A DNA stretch of 64,000 bases. Source: Bacteroidaceae bacterium. GTDB lineage: Bacteria; Bacillota_I; Bacilli_A; RFN20; CAG-826. Below are positions 27,359 to 37,572 of the stretch, piece after piece. The DNA lies in the NCBI GenBank assembly GCA_963624045.1, contig CAVFNI010000008.1:3054-67053 (forward strand), read 5' to 3'. Each line of letters opens with the position of its first letter. The stretch's first letter is position 1. A program made the translations under genes and the position numbers. The notes under the pieces are model-generated. The model made no database searches. It saw nothing but the letters and a program-made list of their open reading frames with translations, and had not been told where the DNA came from.

Positions 27359-28405
27359 TCATTTCGTATGGAAGGACGATAAGAACCTGATGTCGTTGGC
27401 GTAGATCCTTCGAATGTCGTCGATGCCATATCGAAGTAAGGCGACGCGCTCGATTCCTACGCCAAAGGCGAAGCCGCTATAGGTCTCGGGGTCATAGCCA
27501 CACATCCTTAAGACGTTAGGATGGACCTCCCCCGCTCCGAGGATCTCGATCCAGCCGGTGCCCTTACACATATCGCAGCCCTTCCCGCCGCATTTAGCGC
27601 AACTTACGTCGACTTCGACGCTCGGCTCGGTGAAGGGGAAATAAGAACTGCGGAGGCGGATTTCCCGCTTCTCGCCGAACATCTTCTTGACGAAGAGTTC
27701 CAAGGTGCCTTTCAAATCGGCCATCGAAATGCCCTTATCGACGAGAAGCCCTTCGATCTGACCGAACTGATGGCTATGGGTCATGTCGTCGTCATCGCGA
27801 CGATAGCATTTGCCGGGCGAGATGATCCTCAGAGGCTCCTTTTCCTTGCTATCGAGCATGGCGTGAGCCTGGGCGGCCGAGGTTTGGGTTCTTAGTAACA
27901 GGCTGTCGTCGATATAGAAGGTATCTTGCATGTCGCGGGCGGGATGGTCCTTAGGGACGTTAAGGAGCTCGAAATTATAGTGATCGCTTTCGACGTCGCG
28001 CCCTTCGAGGACCTTAAAGCCCATCGAGACGAAGATGTCGGTCATCTCGTCGACGATGATCCAATAGGGATTAGTTGGGCCCGGCTTCCTTTGATAGCCA
28101 GGAAGCGAGAGGTCGATCCTTTCTTTCTCTAGCTTCTCTTTGAGGGCGGCTTCGGCCAATTCCTTCTTTTTGATTTCATAAGCCCTTTCGACCTCACCTT
28201 TGGAGTCGTTGATGAGCTTACCGAAGGAGGCCCTCTCCTCAGGGGCGATTTCCTTCATCTTCCCCATCAAGAGGCTGATCTCGCCCTTTTTGGCAAGATA
28301 TTTGGCGTAGAAGGCGCTTAAATCCTTCTCTTCTTTGATAAGAGGGATTTCCATAAGGGCCCTCTTACTTACTTCCGTGACGATTTCCTTAGCATCCATA
28401 AGCAC
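27359..28405 (-). CDS. pheS: phenylalanine--tRNA ligase alpha subunit
   Basis: 348 aa with class II motifs (HPARDMQDTFY, FRPSYFPFTEPS-like SSYFPFTEPSVEVD, GFAFGVGIERVALL). It ends with TGA. Confidence 0.95.
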   Translation of the reverse strand: MLMDAKEIVTEVSKRALMEIPLIKEEKDLSAFYAKYLAKKGEISLLMGKMKEIAPEERASFGKLINDSKGEVERAYEIKKKELAEAALKEKLEKERIDLSLPGYQRKPGPTNPYWIIVDEMTDIFVSMGFKVLEGRDVESDHYNFELLNVPKDHPARDMQDTFYIDDSLLLRTQTSAAQAHAMLDSKEKEPLRIISPGKCYRRDDDDMTHSHQFGQIEGLLVDKGISMADLKGTLELFVKKMFGEKREIRLRSSYFPFTEPSVEVDVSCAKCGGKGCDMCKGTGWIEILGAGEVHPNVLRMCGYDPETYSGFAFGVGIERVALLRYGIDDIRRIYANDIRFLSSFHTK

Positions 28406-28409
28406 TCCT

Positions 28410-28690
28410 AATTAACAAAAAAGGGCATGGAGAGCGAATAACCGCGGTGCCATCCCCATTCGTGAACCTTTTTTTCTTCACGCGCTAAGAGCTATAACCC
28501 GCAACGGGGAAGGTCTCCCTTCCGTTCTCCGAGGTGAATTCGCCGATGTCCCTTTGGGGCGGTTGCTCTATTCGCCCTTCCCAGGTAAAGAGATGAATCG
28601 GTTACTCTTCTCTTCCACGAACGACATTATCTTACACTTGCCTTTCATAGAAAGGTAGGGCGAATAGAGATGATGGGATCCATTGCCGAA
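28410..28690 (-). promoter_or_regulatory. T-box riboswitch leader (Phe, UUC specifier) with intrinsic terminator
   Basis: The minus-strand RNA carries the T-box sequence AAUGGGGAUGGCACCGCGG (28441-28460) and a terminator GGGGAUGG...CCAUGCCC followed by UUUUUUG. It also has a specifier-loop-like GAA-UUC-A and AGAGA/AGUA stem I elements. Confidence 0.8.
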
Positions 28691-28851
28691 CGCATTCATG
28701 CACACGCCCCACCGCTTAAACTGCAATCATTTTTTTGTAAGCGTCCTTTCAAACCGCTAAATTCCAAATCTAGTTTGAAGAACCTCGTTCTTCTTTGTGC
28801 CAACGATAAGAGATCTCCATGAAACATTCGATGATGACGCGCTAAACACAT

Positions 28852-28981
28852 ATATACTCGTGAGTATAATACTCGTGAGTATATGATATATTCACAAATT
28901 AAACCGTTCTTTCGCTCGCAATAGTAGGGATCGAAGAGCTTGTAATATAATATACTCGTGAGTATAATACTCGTGAGTATA
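28852..28981 (+). promoter_or_regulatory. duplicated operator/promoter module: 32-nt unit x2, each with two TATACTC-GT-GAGTATA palindromes
   Basis: ATATACTCGTGAGTATAATACTCGTGAGTATA occurs identically at 28852-28883 and 28950-28981. Each copy embeds a TATAAT (28865-28870 and 28963-28968). The second copy ends 13 nt before the ATPase start codon. Confidence 0.55.
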
Positions 28982-28994
28982 CGGGAGGTGACAA

Positions 28995-30404
28995 ATGTTT
29001 TACGGTCGAACGAAAGAATTAGAAAAGCTGGAAAGAGAATATGCGAAAAAGAACTCCTTCTGCTCCATTTACGGAACGAGGAGGATTGGGAAGACGTCAT
29101 TGATTAACGAATTCATAAAGAATAAGAAACACGTCATGTTCCAGGCCAAGGAAGTTTCCAATGACGACAATTTGAAGTCGTTCTCGCAGAAGATCTTAGA
29201 AAGCTTTAGCCAAGATTACGAATACGTCTATTCTTCGTGGGAAAAAGCCTTTGATTCAGCTATCTCATTCTTTGGAAACGAGAAAGGAATAATTGTCATC
29301 GATGAATATCCTTACCTAGTCAAATCGTATGGAGGCATTTCGTCGATAATCCAGGATATTTATGACAACAAGCTTAAGAATAGCAACGTCATGCTGATCT
29401 TATCGGGATCGAATGTCTCTTTCATGGAAAAGGAATTGAATGACAAGCAATCTCCCCTCTATAAAAGAATAACCCTGAAGATGAAAATCAATAAAATGCC
29501 CTTTGACGAGGCTGCCATGTTTTTAAGCGCTTATTCTAACGAGGACAAGATAAAATTCCTATGCATGTTCGGAGAATATCCGTTCTATTTATCAAAGATA
29601 GAGAGCCGCTTATCTTTCGAGGAAAACGTCAAGCAATTGCTTTTCGACGAGAACTCGATCCTGTTGGACGTCCCGAAATTGATATTGTCTAATTCAAGCA
29701 GGGAAGAAAGCTTCTACAATTCGATATTGTTATATATCTCGGGGAAGAAAAAAAGTTTGACCGAGATAAGCAGATTGATGAACGTGGAAGCCACAAAAAT
29801 CAACAAATACATGAAGACGTTGCTAGATGCCGAAATCGTGATAAAGAAGGAGATGTTCGATTCCGCTAGACACGCCTATTATTACATTCAAGACCCCGTT
29901 TTAAGGTTCTATTACCAATATTTGCTTAGGAACAGCGAAAAAATCGAAGCGGGATACGGCGAACTTCTTTACGATAGGTTAAAAGATGAGATACATAGCT
30001 TTATTTCCTATTCGTTCGAAGACGTCGCCATATCCTATATGGAGTGCTTATCTAGCAAGGGCAAGCTGGGTGGGATATATTATCCCATCAAGAATCTGGT
30101 AATCGAAAAGTCAGAACTAAATAGATCGATCGAAATCGACGGCATCGCCAAGGATATGGATTCCCTTCTTGTCATCGAATGCAAATTCACCAATAAGAAG
30201 AGAGGCATCCGCGATTTTGAGAGGATGGTCGAGAACACGTCCATCAAGATGTTTTCGAACATAAGGAAAATCGAATATTACATCATCTCCAAAAGCGGGT
30301 TCGATGATAGCTTATTGCGTTATCAAAACGAGAATCTGCATCTTGTTTCGATCGACGACATGTTCGAAGGGAAAACGACGCATATAACCCCTACAAACAT
30401 ATGA
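28995..30404 (+). CDS. P-loop ATPase of the archaeal-ATPase/DUF234 type
   Basis: The N-terminus FYGRTKELEKLEREY...SIYGTRRIGKTSLINEF (Walker A) and VIDEYPYL (Walker B) match this family's hallmark. Confidence 0.7.
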   Translation: MFYGRTKELEKLEREYAKKNSFCSIYGTRRIGKTSLINEFIKNKKHVMFQAKEVSNDDNLKSFSQKILESFSQDYEYVYSSWEKAFDSAISFFGNEKGIIVIDEYPYLVKSYGGISSIIQDIYDNKLKNSNVMLILSGSNVSFMEKELNDKQSPLYKRITLKMKINKMPFDEAAMFLSAYSNEDKIKFLCMFGEYPFYLSKIESRLSFEENVKQLLFDENSILLDVPKLILSNSSREESFYNSILLYISGKKKSLTEISRLMNVEATKINKYMKTLLDAEIVIKKEMFDSARHAYYYIQDPVLRFYYQYLLRNSEKIEAGYGELLYDRLKDEIHSFISYSFEDVAISYMECLSSKGKLGGIYYPIKNLVIEKSELNRSIEIDGIAKDMDSLLVIECKFTNKKRGIRDFERMVENTSIKMFSNIRKIEYYIISKSGFDDSLLRYQNENLHLVSIDDMFEGKTTHITPTNI

Positions 30405-30984
30405 CCATATAAAATAACAAATACGTTATTCCGTCCTCCGCAAAAAGCTTGATCATTTCCCTGGCTTTACGCACTTTTACACCTCGTCGAATATAAAGAC
30501 GGAATCTATTTCGTACAATTCGATCCCGGTTAATAACTGAAGCGATCGAAAGAATTCATCGTGGTTATCGGTGTTCTCGAAAATCCTTTTCAATCTAAAC
30601 TTGACGCTTAGATAAATGAAAACCAATAAATTGTGCCGATTATCCTAAATTTCATTTGTGCAAAAAGCATAGGCTTCCCTAAATTTATTTTCGCAAATTG
30701 CGCATTTGCATTCTTGAGCAATTATGGTGTCGTCTGAGTCGGAAGAGAGAGGCGTCATTCGCATAACGGCACCGCTTTTCCTTCTTTGTAGCCATGCCAA
30801 CGGTCTCTAAGGCTAAGTTTGCGCGACTTATCATGAATTCGCTTATGAGGGGAAGCGTTGCCGATTATGTTAACAAAACCCCGTAATTTCCTTTAAAATA
30901 TACCCGTTTCCAATATCATATCGAAACGATGGCGCTAGACGCCATAATAAGATTTCCATCAAAAGCAAAGAATTTAACCCATCC

Positions 30985-32100
30985 ATGGCCCATTCAAATA
31001 ACGACATAAGCTCCTTAGAGGATTTTTCTCTCGTTAGCCCTAGCGTTGAGCGTTATCTTTTGGCCATGACGGAAGAAGAGCAAGTGCGCGCTTTACGCTT
31101 GGCCGTCGTTGAAGTTAACCAACCGCGAAAAAGGCTCGAATGGGATTGCTCTAGCGAGGAAAGATATTGCGTCGATCTTAGTAAGAAAAGGGATTTTTCC
31201 TCTTACAAGCGCTTCCTCGTCACGGGGACCGCTTTAATGTTGCCGGGGTTCCTTACCCCTGGCGTGACCTATTATTGGCGGGTCCTTAATGGCAAAGAAG
31301 AAGTCATTAGCGATACTTATTCCTTTCATACCTCCTCCCTTCTAAGCGTGCGGATGATGGCGATAGAGGGCCTATTCAACATGCGGGATTTAGGGGGATG
31401 GAAGGCAAGCGGAGGCAAACGGATACCTTATGGGTTAATCTATCGCGGAGGCAATTTCTCGATCCTTACGCCCCTAGGCAAAAAGATCTTAATCGAAGAC
31501 CTTGCCATAAAGACCGAAATCGACCTGAGGGCGGATGGCAAGAACGAGCTTAACGATAGCCGGGTGGAATATTTTAAAGCGGGCATGGGGCAATATACCT
31601 ACATTATTCCTGGCTACGTCATCCATGGGGCTAGCGACATGCCAAGCCTCATAAGGGAATATGATCCCCTCTTGACCCCATCGCTAAAGAGGATCTTCGA
31701 GAAATTGGCCGATCCCTCCTCCTACCCCATCTATTTCCATTGCAACGCCGGGGCCGATAGGACAGGCACCCTAGCCTTCCTCTTAGAAGGCCTTCTAGGC
31801 GTTTCTTACGCAGATATTACGAGAGATTTTGAACTCACCTCCTTCTCCACCCAAGGGGCGAGGTATCGTAGCGGGCTTAAAGACGATCTCTCCTTCGATG
31901 ATTCGGGGATATACGAAAATAGCACCGACAATCTCATCGCCTTCGGCAAGATGCATGAGCTCATCATGAAGAACTATCCCACAAAAGATGGCACCCTTCT
32001 CTCCTCGATCGAACGCTACCTCAAAGAAGTCCCGGGCATAAGCGAAGAGACAATCAATATGGTAAGGAAGAACATCCTTGACGGAGGGGCTTTCTCTTAA
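30985..32100 (+). CDS. protein-tyrosine phosphatase-like protein (CX5R)
   Basis: The active-site loop HCNAGADRTG (CX5R) lies in the C-terminal half. Confidence 0.7.
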   Translation: MAHSNNDISSLEDFSLVSPSVERYLLAMTEEEQVRALRLAVVEVNQPRKRLEWDCSSEERYCVDLSKKRDFSSYKRFLVTGTALMLPGFLTPGVTYYWRVLNGKEEVISDTYSFHTSSLLSVRMMAIEGLFNMRDLGGWKASGGKRIPYGLIYRGGNFSILTPLGKKILIEDLAIKTEIDLRADGKNELNDSRVEYFKAGMGQYTYIIPGYVIHGASDMPSLIREYDPLLTPSLKRIFEKLADPSSYPIYFHCNAGADRTGTLAFLLEGLLGVSYADITRDFELTSFSTQGARYRSGLKDDLSFDDSGIYENSTDNLIAFGKMHELIMKNYPTKDGTLLSSIERYLKEVPGISEETINMVRKNILDGGAFS

Positions 32101-32233
32101 GAGAACGCCGAAAGAGGTTCGCTAGCGACGAGAGATAGTTTTGCTTTTCTTTTATGAAGAGGCGAAAGAATCCTAGACGTTATCATGCTTTCGCTATGAA
32201 TATAGATAAGCAGATTAACCTTCTTTTAGGCAG

Positions 32234-33310
32234 CTATTTAATAGGCCAAACTGAGCGGTCTCCTAGATTCTTAGGTAAATCAAAAGAGGCTTCTTCCTCG
32301 CTAAGGAAGCGGCCTTTGGTGGCCAAAGAAAGAGAGGAAATGCCGCTAGAAGCAGCTTCTTTCTTAAAGGAGATGTCCCCTGCTATCGTGACATAAAGAG
32401 GGTCGTCGAAGGTGAAAGCGTATTCGAATTCTAGCGACAACGATTCGATGCTATCGATGAAGGAAAGGGCCTTTTCTTTGATTTCCCGCTCCTCTTCCGC
32501 TAAAAGGAGATCGATAGCCGTCCGCGCCTCTTTTTTAAAGGAATCGACGTCGTCATAAGAGGCTTCTAGATAAGTCGTTTCCTCGTTTGGATAGGCATAG
32601 AAGGCGGCCTTATCCCCATCAAGACCTTCTTGCAGCTTCTTTCTTAATGACGGCACCAAAGAAGAGAAGCGGCCGTTAAGGGGGAAGAAGGGAGCGAGGG
32701 CTTTATAGGAAGAGGTGAGATCGATATACGAACGTTCCTTGAGGGATAAGTCGGGATAGACGGTCTCGAGGAAAGAACGGGTGAGGGCCGCTTTCGAGAG
32801 GTCGAGATAGAGGCCGCTAGAATCGTCGACGGAAGCGAAATAAGATAAGACGCCTTGCTTTAATGAAAGATCAAGGCTCCCCTCGATCTCCTTAATATCG
32901 ATATAGATATCCGATGAGCCGACTTTGGCGCTAAAAGAGCCGCTATCATCGAGGGAAAGGAAGGAGAAACGGAAATCATCGCAGGAGAAATCGAGCCGAT
33001 ATGCATATAAGGAATCATCAGCCGTCACCGAAGAAGAAAGCGGTTCCTCGAAAGCGCGCTCGCTAGAAAAGGCGCCCGATATGGATGGCTTGCCTTCTTC
33101 TTTGTCGGCGAAGGAGATGCCTTGGCTAGGATGTTTGAAATAATTCGAAAGGGAATGCTCGAAGTCGCTAAGGGCCAAATTGACGTTGCTCACCCTTTCC
33201 TTTTGCCTCTCTTCGCTTGATGAAGAAGAAGAATTTTCCTCGGCTTTAGTCCCGCAGGCAATTAATAAGGGAAGGAGAGAAAAGAAGATGATTCGTTTCT
33301 TTTTATTCAT
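32234..33310 (-). CDS. lipoprotein, unknown function
   Basis: Signal peptide with a lipobox (LLPLLIACGT) followed by a Ser/Glu-rich linker. Confidence 0.65.
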   Translation of the reverse strand: MNKKKRIIFFSLLPLLIACGTKAEENSSSSSSEERQKERVSNVNLALSDFEHSLSNYFKHPSQGISFADKEEGKPSISGAFSSERAFEEPLSSSVTADDSLYAYRLDFSCDDFRFSFLSLDDSGSFSAKVGSSDIYIDIKEIEGSLDLSLKQGVLSYFASVDDSSGLYLDLSKAALTRSFLETVYPDLSLKERSYIDLTSSYKALAPFFPLNGRFSSLVPSLRKKLQEGLDGDKAAFYAYPNEETTYLEASYDDVDSFKKEARTAIDLLLAEEEREIKEKALSFIDSIESLSLEFEYAFTFDDPLYVTIAGDISFKKEAASSGISSLSLATKGRFLSEEEASFDLPKNLGDRSVWPIK

Positions 33311-34052
33311 GGCTAATCACCTTTCTGAGGTTATACATGAGGATGCCACCCGCCACCCCGACGTTAAGGGAATCGATCCCTTCCATCTCGATGCGGACGC
33401 ATTGATCGGAGAATTGGCTGATACGCGGGTCAACCCCCTGCCCTTCGTTGCCTAAGATCAAGGCAAAGGAAGGAGGCAGCGTCTTGATATCGCTTAAAGG
33501 AAGGGCGTTCCTTAAGTCGGTGCTAAGAAGGAAATAGCCGTCTTCACGAAACTTTTGGGCGTCAAGCAGAGGATCGTCTTCCTTAGAGATGTGGACGTTT
33601 AACCCAAAGATGGCCCCTTGGGAAGCCATGAGGGCCTTATGGGAATAGGGATCGGCCGTCTTCTTGGAAAGAAAGACGTTATGATAGCCAAACGAGAGGG
33701 CGCTTCTTAATAACGTCCCGACGTTTCCGGGGTCTTGGACGTCGTCGAGGTAAAGGAGAGGGCTATTTTCGAGGAACGGCCCCTTCTCCTTCTTCTCACA
33801 GAAAGCGACGACCCCTTCTGGTGTTTTTGATTTAGTCAATTTATCCAATACAGGTTCGGTGATGATGAATTGGGGGATATCGGCATTAGGATATTCTTTC
33901 TCAAGGGAATATATCTCCTTGGCGTAGCCATAGGAAATGGCCATCTCAACGAGATGATATCCTTCGACTAAGAAAAAGGAATCGTCCTTCTTGCTTAGCG
34001 ATAAAACGCGTTGAATCCTAGCGTTATTCCTTGATGATATCCTTTCCTTCAT
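33303..34052 (-). CDS. TrmH/SpoU-family RNA 2'-O-methyltransferase
   Basis: SPOUT motifs are present: DPGNVGTLLRSA, LILGNEGQGV, IDSLNVGVAGGILMY. Confidence 0.8.
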   Translation of the reverse strand: MKERISSRNNARIQRVLSLSKKDDSFFLVEGYHLVEMAISYGYAKEIYSLEKEYPNADIPQFIITEPVLDKLTKSKTPEGVVAFCEKKEKGPFLENSPLLYLDDVQDPGNVGTLLRSALSFGYHNVFLSKKTADPYSHKALMASQGAIFGLNVHISKEDDPLLDAQKFREDGYFLLSTDLRNALPLSDIKTLPPSFALILGNEGQGVDPRISQFSDQCVRIEMEGIDSLNVGVAGGILMYNLRKVISHE

Positions 34053-34680
34053 ATTCCTGGTTGATAAGTTCTTTCCGACATTCCCAATAAGCGGGGAAGG
34101 CCTTTAAAAGTCTAGCATAAAACGCGGGGCCGTGGCTGATGACGAAATCATGAGTCAGTTCATGGGCGATGACCGAATCGATGGCGCGCGGCGAATAGAA
34201 GGCCAAAACGGTAGAGAAAGAGATGGCCCTTTTCTTCTTATGGAAGATCCCGTAAGCGCTCCTAAGGGGTTTGATGAGGAAGGTTACCCCTTCTTTATTG
34301 CCCACCGCCTCCATGATGATCGGTAGGCGGGAGGCGATATAGGGAGCGAGGGCTTCCTTAAGGTACTCATCTTGTTCCTTCTTAGGGAGGAAGTAAAAGG
34401 TATCATTAATGGTCTTTTGACCGAATAGGTAAAGATATCCTTCGCCATAAGGCGCTTTCCGTTCTTTCCTTTTATCGGCGCGATGTAAGAGATGAGGGAT
34501 GGCCTTGGAAACGAAATCATCTAAGCTTTCCTGGCTATATCCAAAGGGCGCCCGCAGATAAAAGGAACCGTCCTTACGAAGGGAGAGGGAAGCGCCCCGC
34601 TTCCTCTTCGAAGAATAAACGAGAAGATAACGATAATCCTTCTCGCCAACATGGACGAGCCGCATTTCCCTTTTTTCCAT
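34024..34680 (-). CDS. DUF45/YgjP-like zinc metallohydrolase
   Basis: HELTHD (HExxH) lies near the C-terminus and the size (218 aa) is typical of the family. Confidence 0.6.
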   Translation of the reverse strand: MEKREMRLVHVGEKDYRYLLVYSSKRKRGASLSLRKDGSFYLRAPFGYSQESLDDFVSKAIPHLLHRADKRKERKAPYGEGYLYLFGQKTINDTFYFLPKKEQDEYLKEALAPYIASRLPIIMEAVGNKEGVTFLIKPLRSAYGIFHKKKRAISFSTVLAFYSPRAIDSVIAHELTHDFVISHGPAFYARLLKAFPAYWECRKELINQEYEGKDIIKE

Positions 34681-34750
34681 GAGGTGATTTTATAGCATCG
34701 GGCCGCTTACGCCTATAGAAGGCTTCTTTTTCTTCCAAAAGTCCCTTGAT

Positions 34751-35581
34751 ATGCGTATAATCGGGCGGATGGACAAGATTTTAATCTCCGCCTGCTTATT
34801 AGGCGACAAAACGAAATACGACGGCGGGGACAATTATTTCCCCTTCGTCGAAAAGCTTAAGAAGAAATACGTTCTAATCCCCTTTTGCCCCGAATTGGAA
34901 GGCGGCTTAAGCGTGCCCCGCTCCCCCAGCGAAATCCAAAAGGACGGCTCCGTCCTCAACAAAGAAGGCAAAGATGTCAGTTCCTTCTTTATCGCCGGCG
35001 CCGAGAAGGCCTATCAAGCCTGCCGCCTCTTTGGCATCAGCATCGCCATCCTCAAAGACGGCTCGCCTAGCTGCGGCTCCCGCCACGTTTATGACGGATC
35101 CTTCAAAGGGAATAAGATCGACGGATTGGGCTTAACCGCCCGTCGCCTCATCGCCGCCGGGATCAAGGTGTATTCAAGCGAGGACAAACTCGATTTCTTA
35201 TTAGGAGAAGACGAGGAAAGCTACGAGAAAAGGAAACGAGAGAACATCAAAAAGGCCGCCCTTAGGAAGGAAAAGGGAAATTCTTACGAAAAGAAGCCTT
35301 CCTCTTTCCATAAGAAGGGAGGCGATGAAGGGAAAGCCTCCTTCGATAAAAAGAGGGTTTTTAATAAAGGAAAAGGCTTCTCCTACAAGAAAAAGGGCGC
35401 CTTTCATGACTCCTCCTACAAAAATGATGGCGAGAAGGCCTATAAGAAAGACGGCTACCATGGCCAAAAGAAATCCTCTTGGAAGCAAAAGAGCAAACCG
35501 GGAAGAAATTATGAGAACAGCAAAAGCGGATATCGCAATAACTTCTCTAAAAGAAAGCCTTACGGCAATAAGAAGGGTTAA
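34751..35581 (+). CDS. DUF523-domain protein with a long Lys/Gly-rich basic tail
   Basis: The N-terminal ILISACLLGDKTKYDGG and PFCPELEGGL are DUF523 hallmarks. The last 125 or so residues are low-complexity and rich in K, G, S and Y. Confidence 0.65.
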   Translation: MRIIGRMDKILISACLLGDKTKYDGGDNYFPFVEKLKKKYVLIPFCPELEGGLSVPRSPSEIQKDGSVLNKEGKDVSSFFIAGAEKAYQACRLFGISIAILKDGSPSCGSRHVYDGSFKGNKIDGLGLTARRLIAAGIKVYSSEDKLDFLLGEDEESYEKRKRENIKKAALRKEKGNSYEKKPSSFHKKGGDEGKASFDKKRVFNKGKGFSYKKKGAFHDSSYKNDGEKAYKKDGYHGQKKSSWKQKSKPGRNYENSKSGYRNNFSKRKPYGNKKG

Positions 35582-35606
35582 CTTCGTCTCGTCAATCATC
35601 GAATAA

Positions 35607-35627
35607 ACGGCCGGCTGGCCGTTTTTT
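35607..35627 (+). terminator. intrinsic terminator
   Basis: ACGGCC-GGCT-GGCCGT hairpin followed by TTTTTT. Confidence 0.7.
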
Positions 35628-35783
35628 GATGTCGCTAAAGGAGGTCGAAAGAAGGAAAGTCGAAAGCGAAGGGAACGCCGATATATTTATAAATAAAGCA
35701 TAAATAAATTTTCGGTTGGAATCGCCTAGAAGTCGCGAAACTTATATAACCCCGCCCACCACCACTAAAATAAATGGTTCCAT

Positions 35784-35830
35784 CAAAAAAAGACCGCCAT
35801 GGACGTCGCCGCTGACGGTCTTTTCTTTTT
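35784..35830. terminator. bidirectional intrinsic terminator
   Basis: AGACCG...CGGTCT stem flanked by an A-run upstream and a T-run downstream. It lies just 3' of the minus-strand ABC ATPase gene. Confidence 0.6.
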
Positions 35831-35839
35831 GAAACGCGA

Positions 35840-37363
35840 TTAATAAATTCTCTTTTCGGTCTCGGGATCGAAGATATGGGCCTTCGGGAAATCGAAGAGG
35901 ACTTTCATCTTATCGCCGCTCTTGATGGGGTGGGTAAGAGGGATCTTGGCGATGACGTCGGTACCGCATAGATCGGTATGGACGTAATATTCGTGGCCGA
36001 GAAGCTCGGCGACGGAGACGGTGATCTCAAAGGGATCGCTCTTGTATTTGGCGGCATGGGCCTCATCGCCTTCGTGGATGTCCTCAGGACGGATGCCATA
36101 GATGACGGGATGCACACCGCTTTCGATGGCGGAATTGATCTTAGCGAGGGAATCGCTAAGGAGGGCGATCTTCTTAGCGAGCTGCTCATCGGGCTCCTTG
36201 AGGGCGGCGATGCGGGCGGACATATCGGCGATGCGGTTGGCATGGGCTTCTTCCTTGCCGGCCTCTGGCGTGCTCGCCTTAAGGCTTTCGAGGCTCTCTT
36301 CAAGGGAAGCGATCTTGGCGGCGCGCTTCGGATCGGCGTCGCATTCGACCTTCTTCTTCTCCCATTCGGCTTTGGCTTTCGTAAGTTCTTCTTTGATTTC
36401 CGTCGCCCGTTTGGCATAGAAATCCTCATGGGCTTTCTTGGCTTCGGCGCTTAATTTTATCTCATAGCCGCTTGAGAATTTAAGGACGCCCTTCTCGTAA
36501 TTGGCTTTGAGCAAATTCATCGCGGGACTGCCGATGAAGGAAGCGACGAAGAGATTGGCTGGATGGTTATAAATCTCAATCGGGGTGCCGATTTGTTGGA
36601 TATATCCAAGCTTCATGACGACGATGCGGGAGGCCATGGTCATGGCTTCCGTCTGGTCGTGGGTGACGTAGATCGTCGTGGCGCCTAGGGATTCGTGGAG
36701 TTTGATGATCTCGCTACGCATCTGGACGCGGAGTTTGGCATCGAGGTTAGAGAGAGGTTCGTCCATCAAGAAGACCTTGGCGTTACGGACGATGGCGCGG
36801 CCTAAGGCGACACGCTGACGCTGGCCGCCGGAGAGGGCTTTGGGCTTACGATCGAGGAATTGCTCGATTTGGAGGATCTTGGCGGCGGAATGGACCCGTT
36901 CATCGATCTCTTGCTTAGGAAGATGGCGGATCTTAAGGCCGAAGGCCATGTTGTTATAGACGGTCATGTGGGGATAGAGGGCGTAGCTTTGGAAGACCAT
37001 GGCGATGTCGCGGTCTTTCGGCGATTTGTCGTTGGCGTATTCCCCATCGATATATAGCGAACCGTTGGTGATGTCTTCAAGCCCGGCAATCATACGGAGG
37101 GTGGTCGATTTACCACATCCCGAAGGGCCGACGAAGACGATGAATTCCTGCTTTTGGATGTCTAAGGTGAAATCGAAGACGGCTTGGACGCCGTTATCGT
37201 AGACCTTATCGACATGGCGAAGGGAGACATAAGCTAGATCCTTGGGCTCGCCTTCTCCTTCGAGGGCGGCGATCTCCTCTTGTCTGGCTTTGATCTCATC
37301 GCGGGTGACGACGTGAAGACCGAGCTTGTTTTCCTCGTTCTTCTTCTTTTTGAATAGAGGCAT
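35840..37363 (-). CDS. ABC transporter ATP-binding protein (MalK/UgpC/MsmX type) with a C-terminal coiled-coil insertion
   Basis: Walker [10 protein letters not shown], signature LSGGQRQR, Walker [12 protein letters not shown]. At 507 aa it is longer than my recollection of this family. Confidence 0.85.
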   Translation of the reverse strand: MPLFKKKKNEENKLGLHVVTRDEIKARQEEIAALEGEGEPKDLAYVSLRHVDKVYDNGVQAVFDFTLDIQKQEFIVFVGPSGCGKSTTLRMIAGLEDITNGSLYIDGEYANDKSPKDRDIAMVFQSYALYPHMTVYNNMAFGLKIRHLPKQEIDERVHSAAKILQIEQFLDRKPKALSGGQRQRVALGRAIVRNAKVFLMDEPLSNLDAKLRVQMRSEIIKLHESLGATTIYVTHDQTEAMTMASRIVVMKLGYIQQIGTPIEIYNHPANLFVASFIGSPAMNLLKANYEKGVLKFSSGYEIKLSAEAKKAHEDFYAKRATEIKEELTKAKAEWEKKKVECDADPKRAAKIASLEESLESLKASTPEAGKEEAHANRIADMSARIAALKEPDEQLAKKIALLSDSLAKINSAIESGVHPVIYGIRPEDIHEGDEAHAAKYKSDPFEITVSVAELLGHEYYVHTDLCGTDVIAKIPLTHPIKSGDKMKVLFDFPKAHIFDPETEKRIY

Positions 37364-37572
37364 GTTGTTCTCCTTTGTGCGTTACGAGTAGTTTAATCAT
37401 ATCCAAATCATTTGTCTTGTGCAAAGTGCACAAATCGAATAATAAAGATCAATCGGAGGGTAGGGACGGGGATTTTAGGACGATAAGCAAGGGGCATGGG
37501 CGCCATAAAATATCACTTCGCTTGCAATTTTAAGGCCATATCCGACAATTGTTATCGTTTAGGAGAAAGATT

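Noticed and set aside
27359-27361. The possibility that TGA encodes Trp (Mollicutes code 4), which would change ORF boundaries
   Set aside because: pheS ends at a TGA at its expected full length. The 77-aa gene's TGA sits in a TGA-A-ATG coupling junction. Core genes are full-length under code 11.
28696-29100. 134-aa minus-strand ORF spanning the palindromic operator region
   Set aside because: It runs through the duplicated promoter/operator module and into the ATPase gene start. It has no ribosome-binding site or motif support.
30405-30984. Short frames in the 580-bp gap (for example a 39-codon Cys-rich minus-strand ORF ending ...CKCAICENKFREAYAFCTNEI, and FENTDNHDEFFRSLQLLTGIELYEIDSVFIFDEV)
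   Set aside because: They look like debris of decayed genes, but they are too short and I recognise no motif, so I cannot support a call.
35905-36454. Three overlapping 105-174-aa ORFs on both strands inside the ABC ATPase gene
   Set aside because: They are by-products of the biased Ala/Lys/Glu coiled-coil insertion. Their products are low-complexity and they lie wholly within a well-supported gene.
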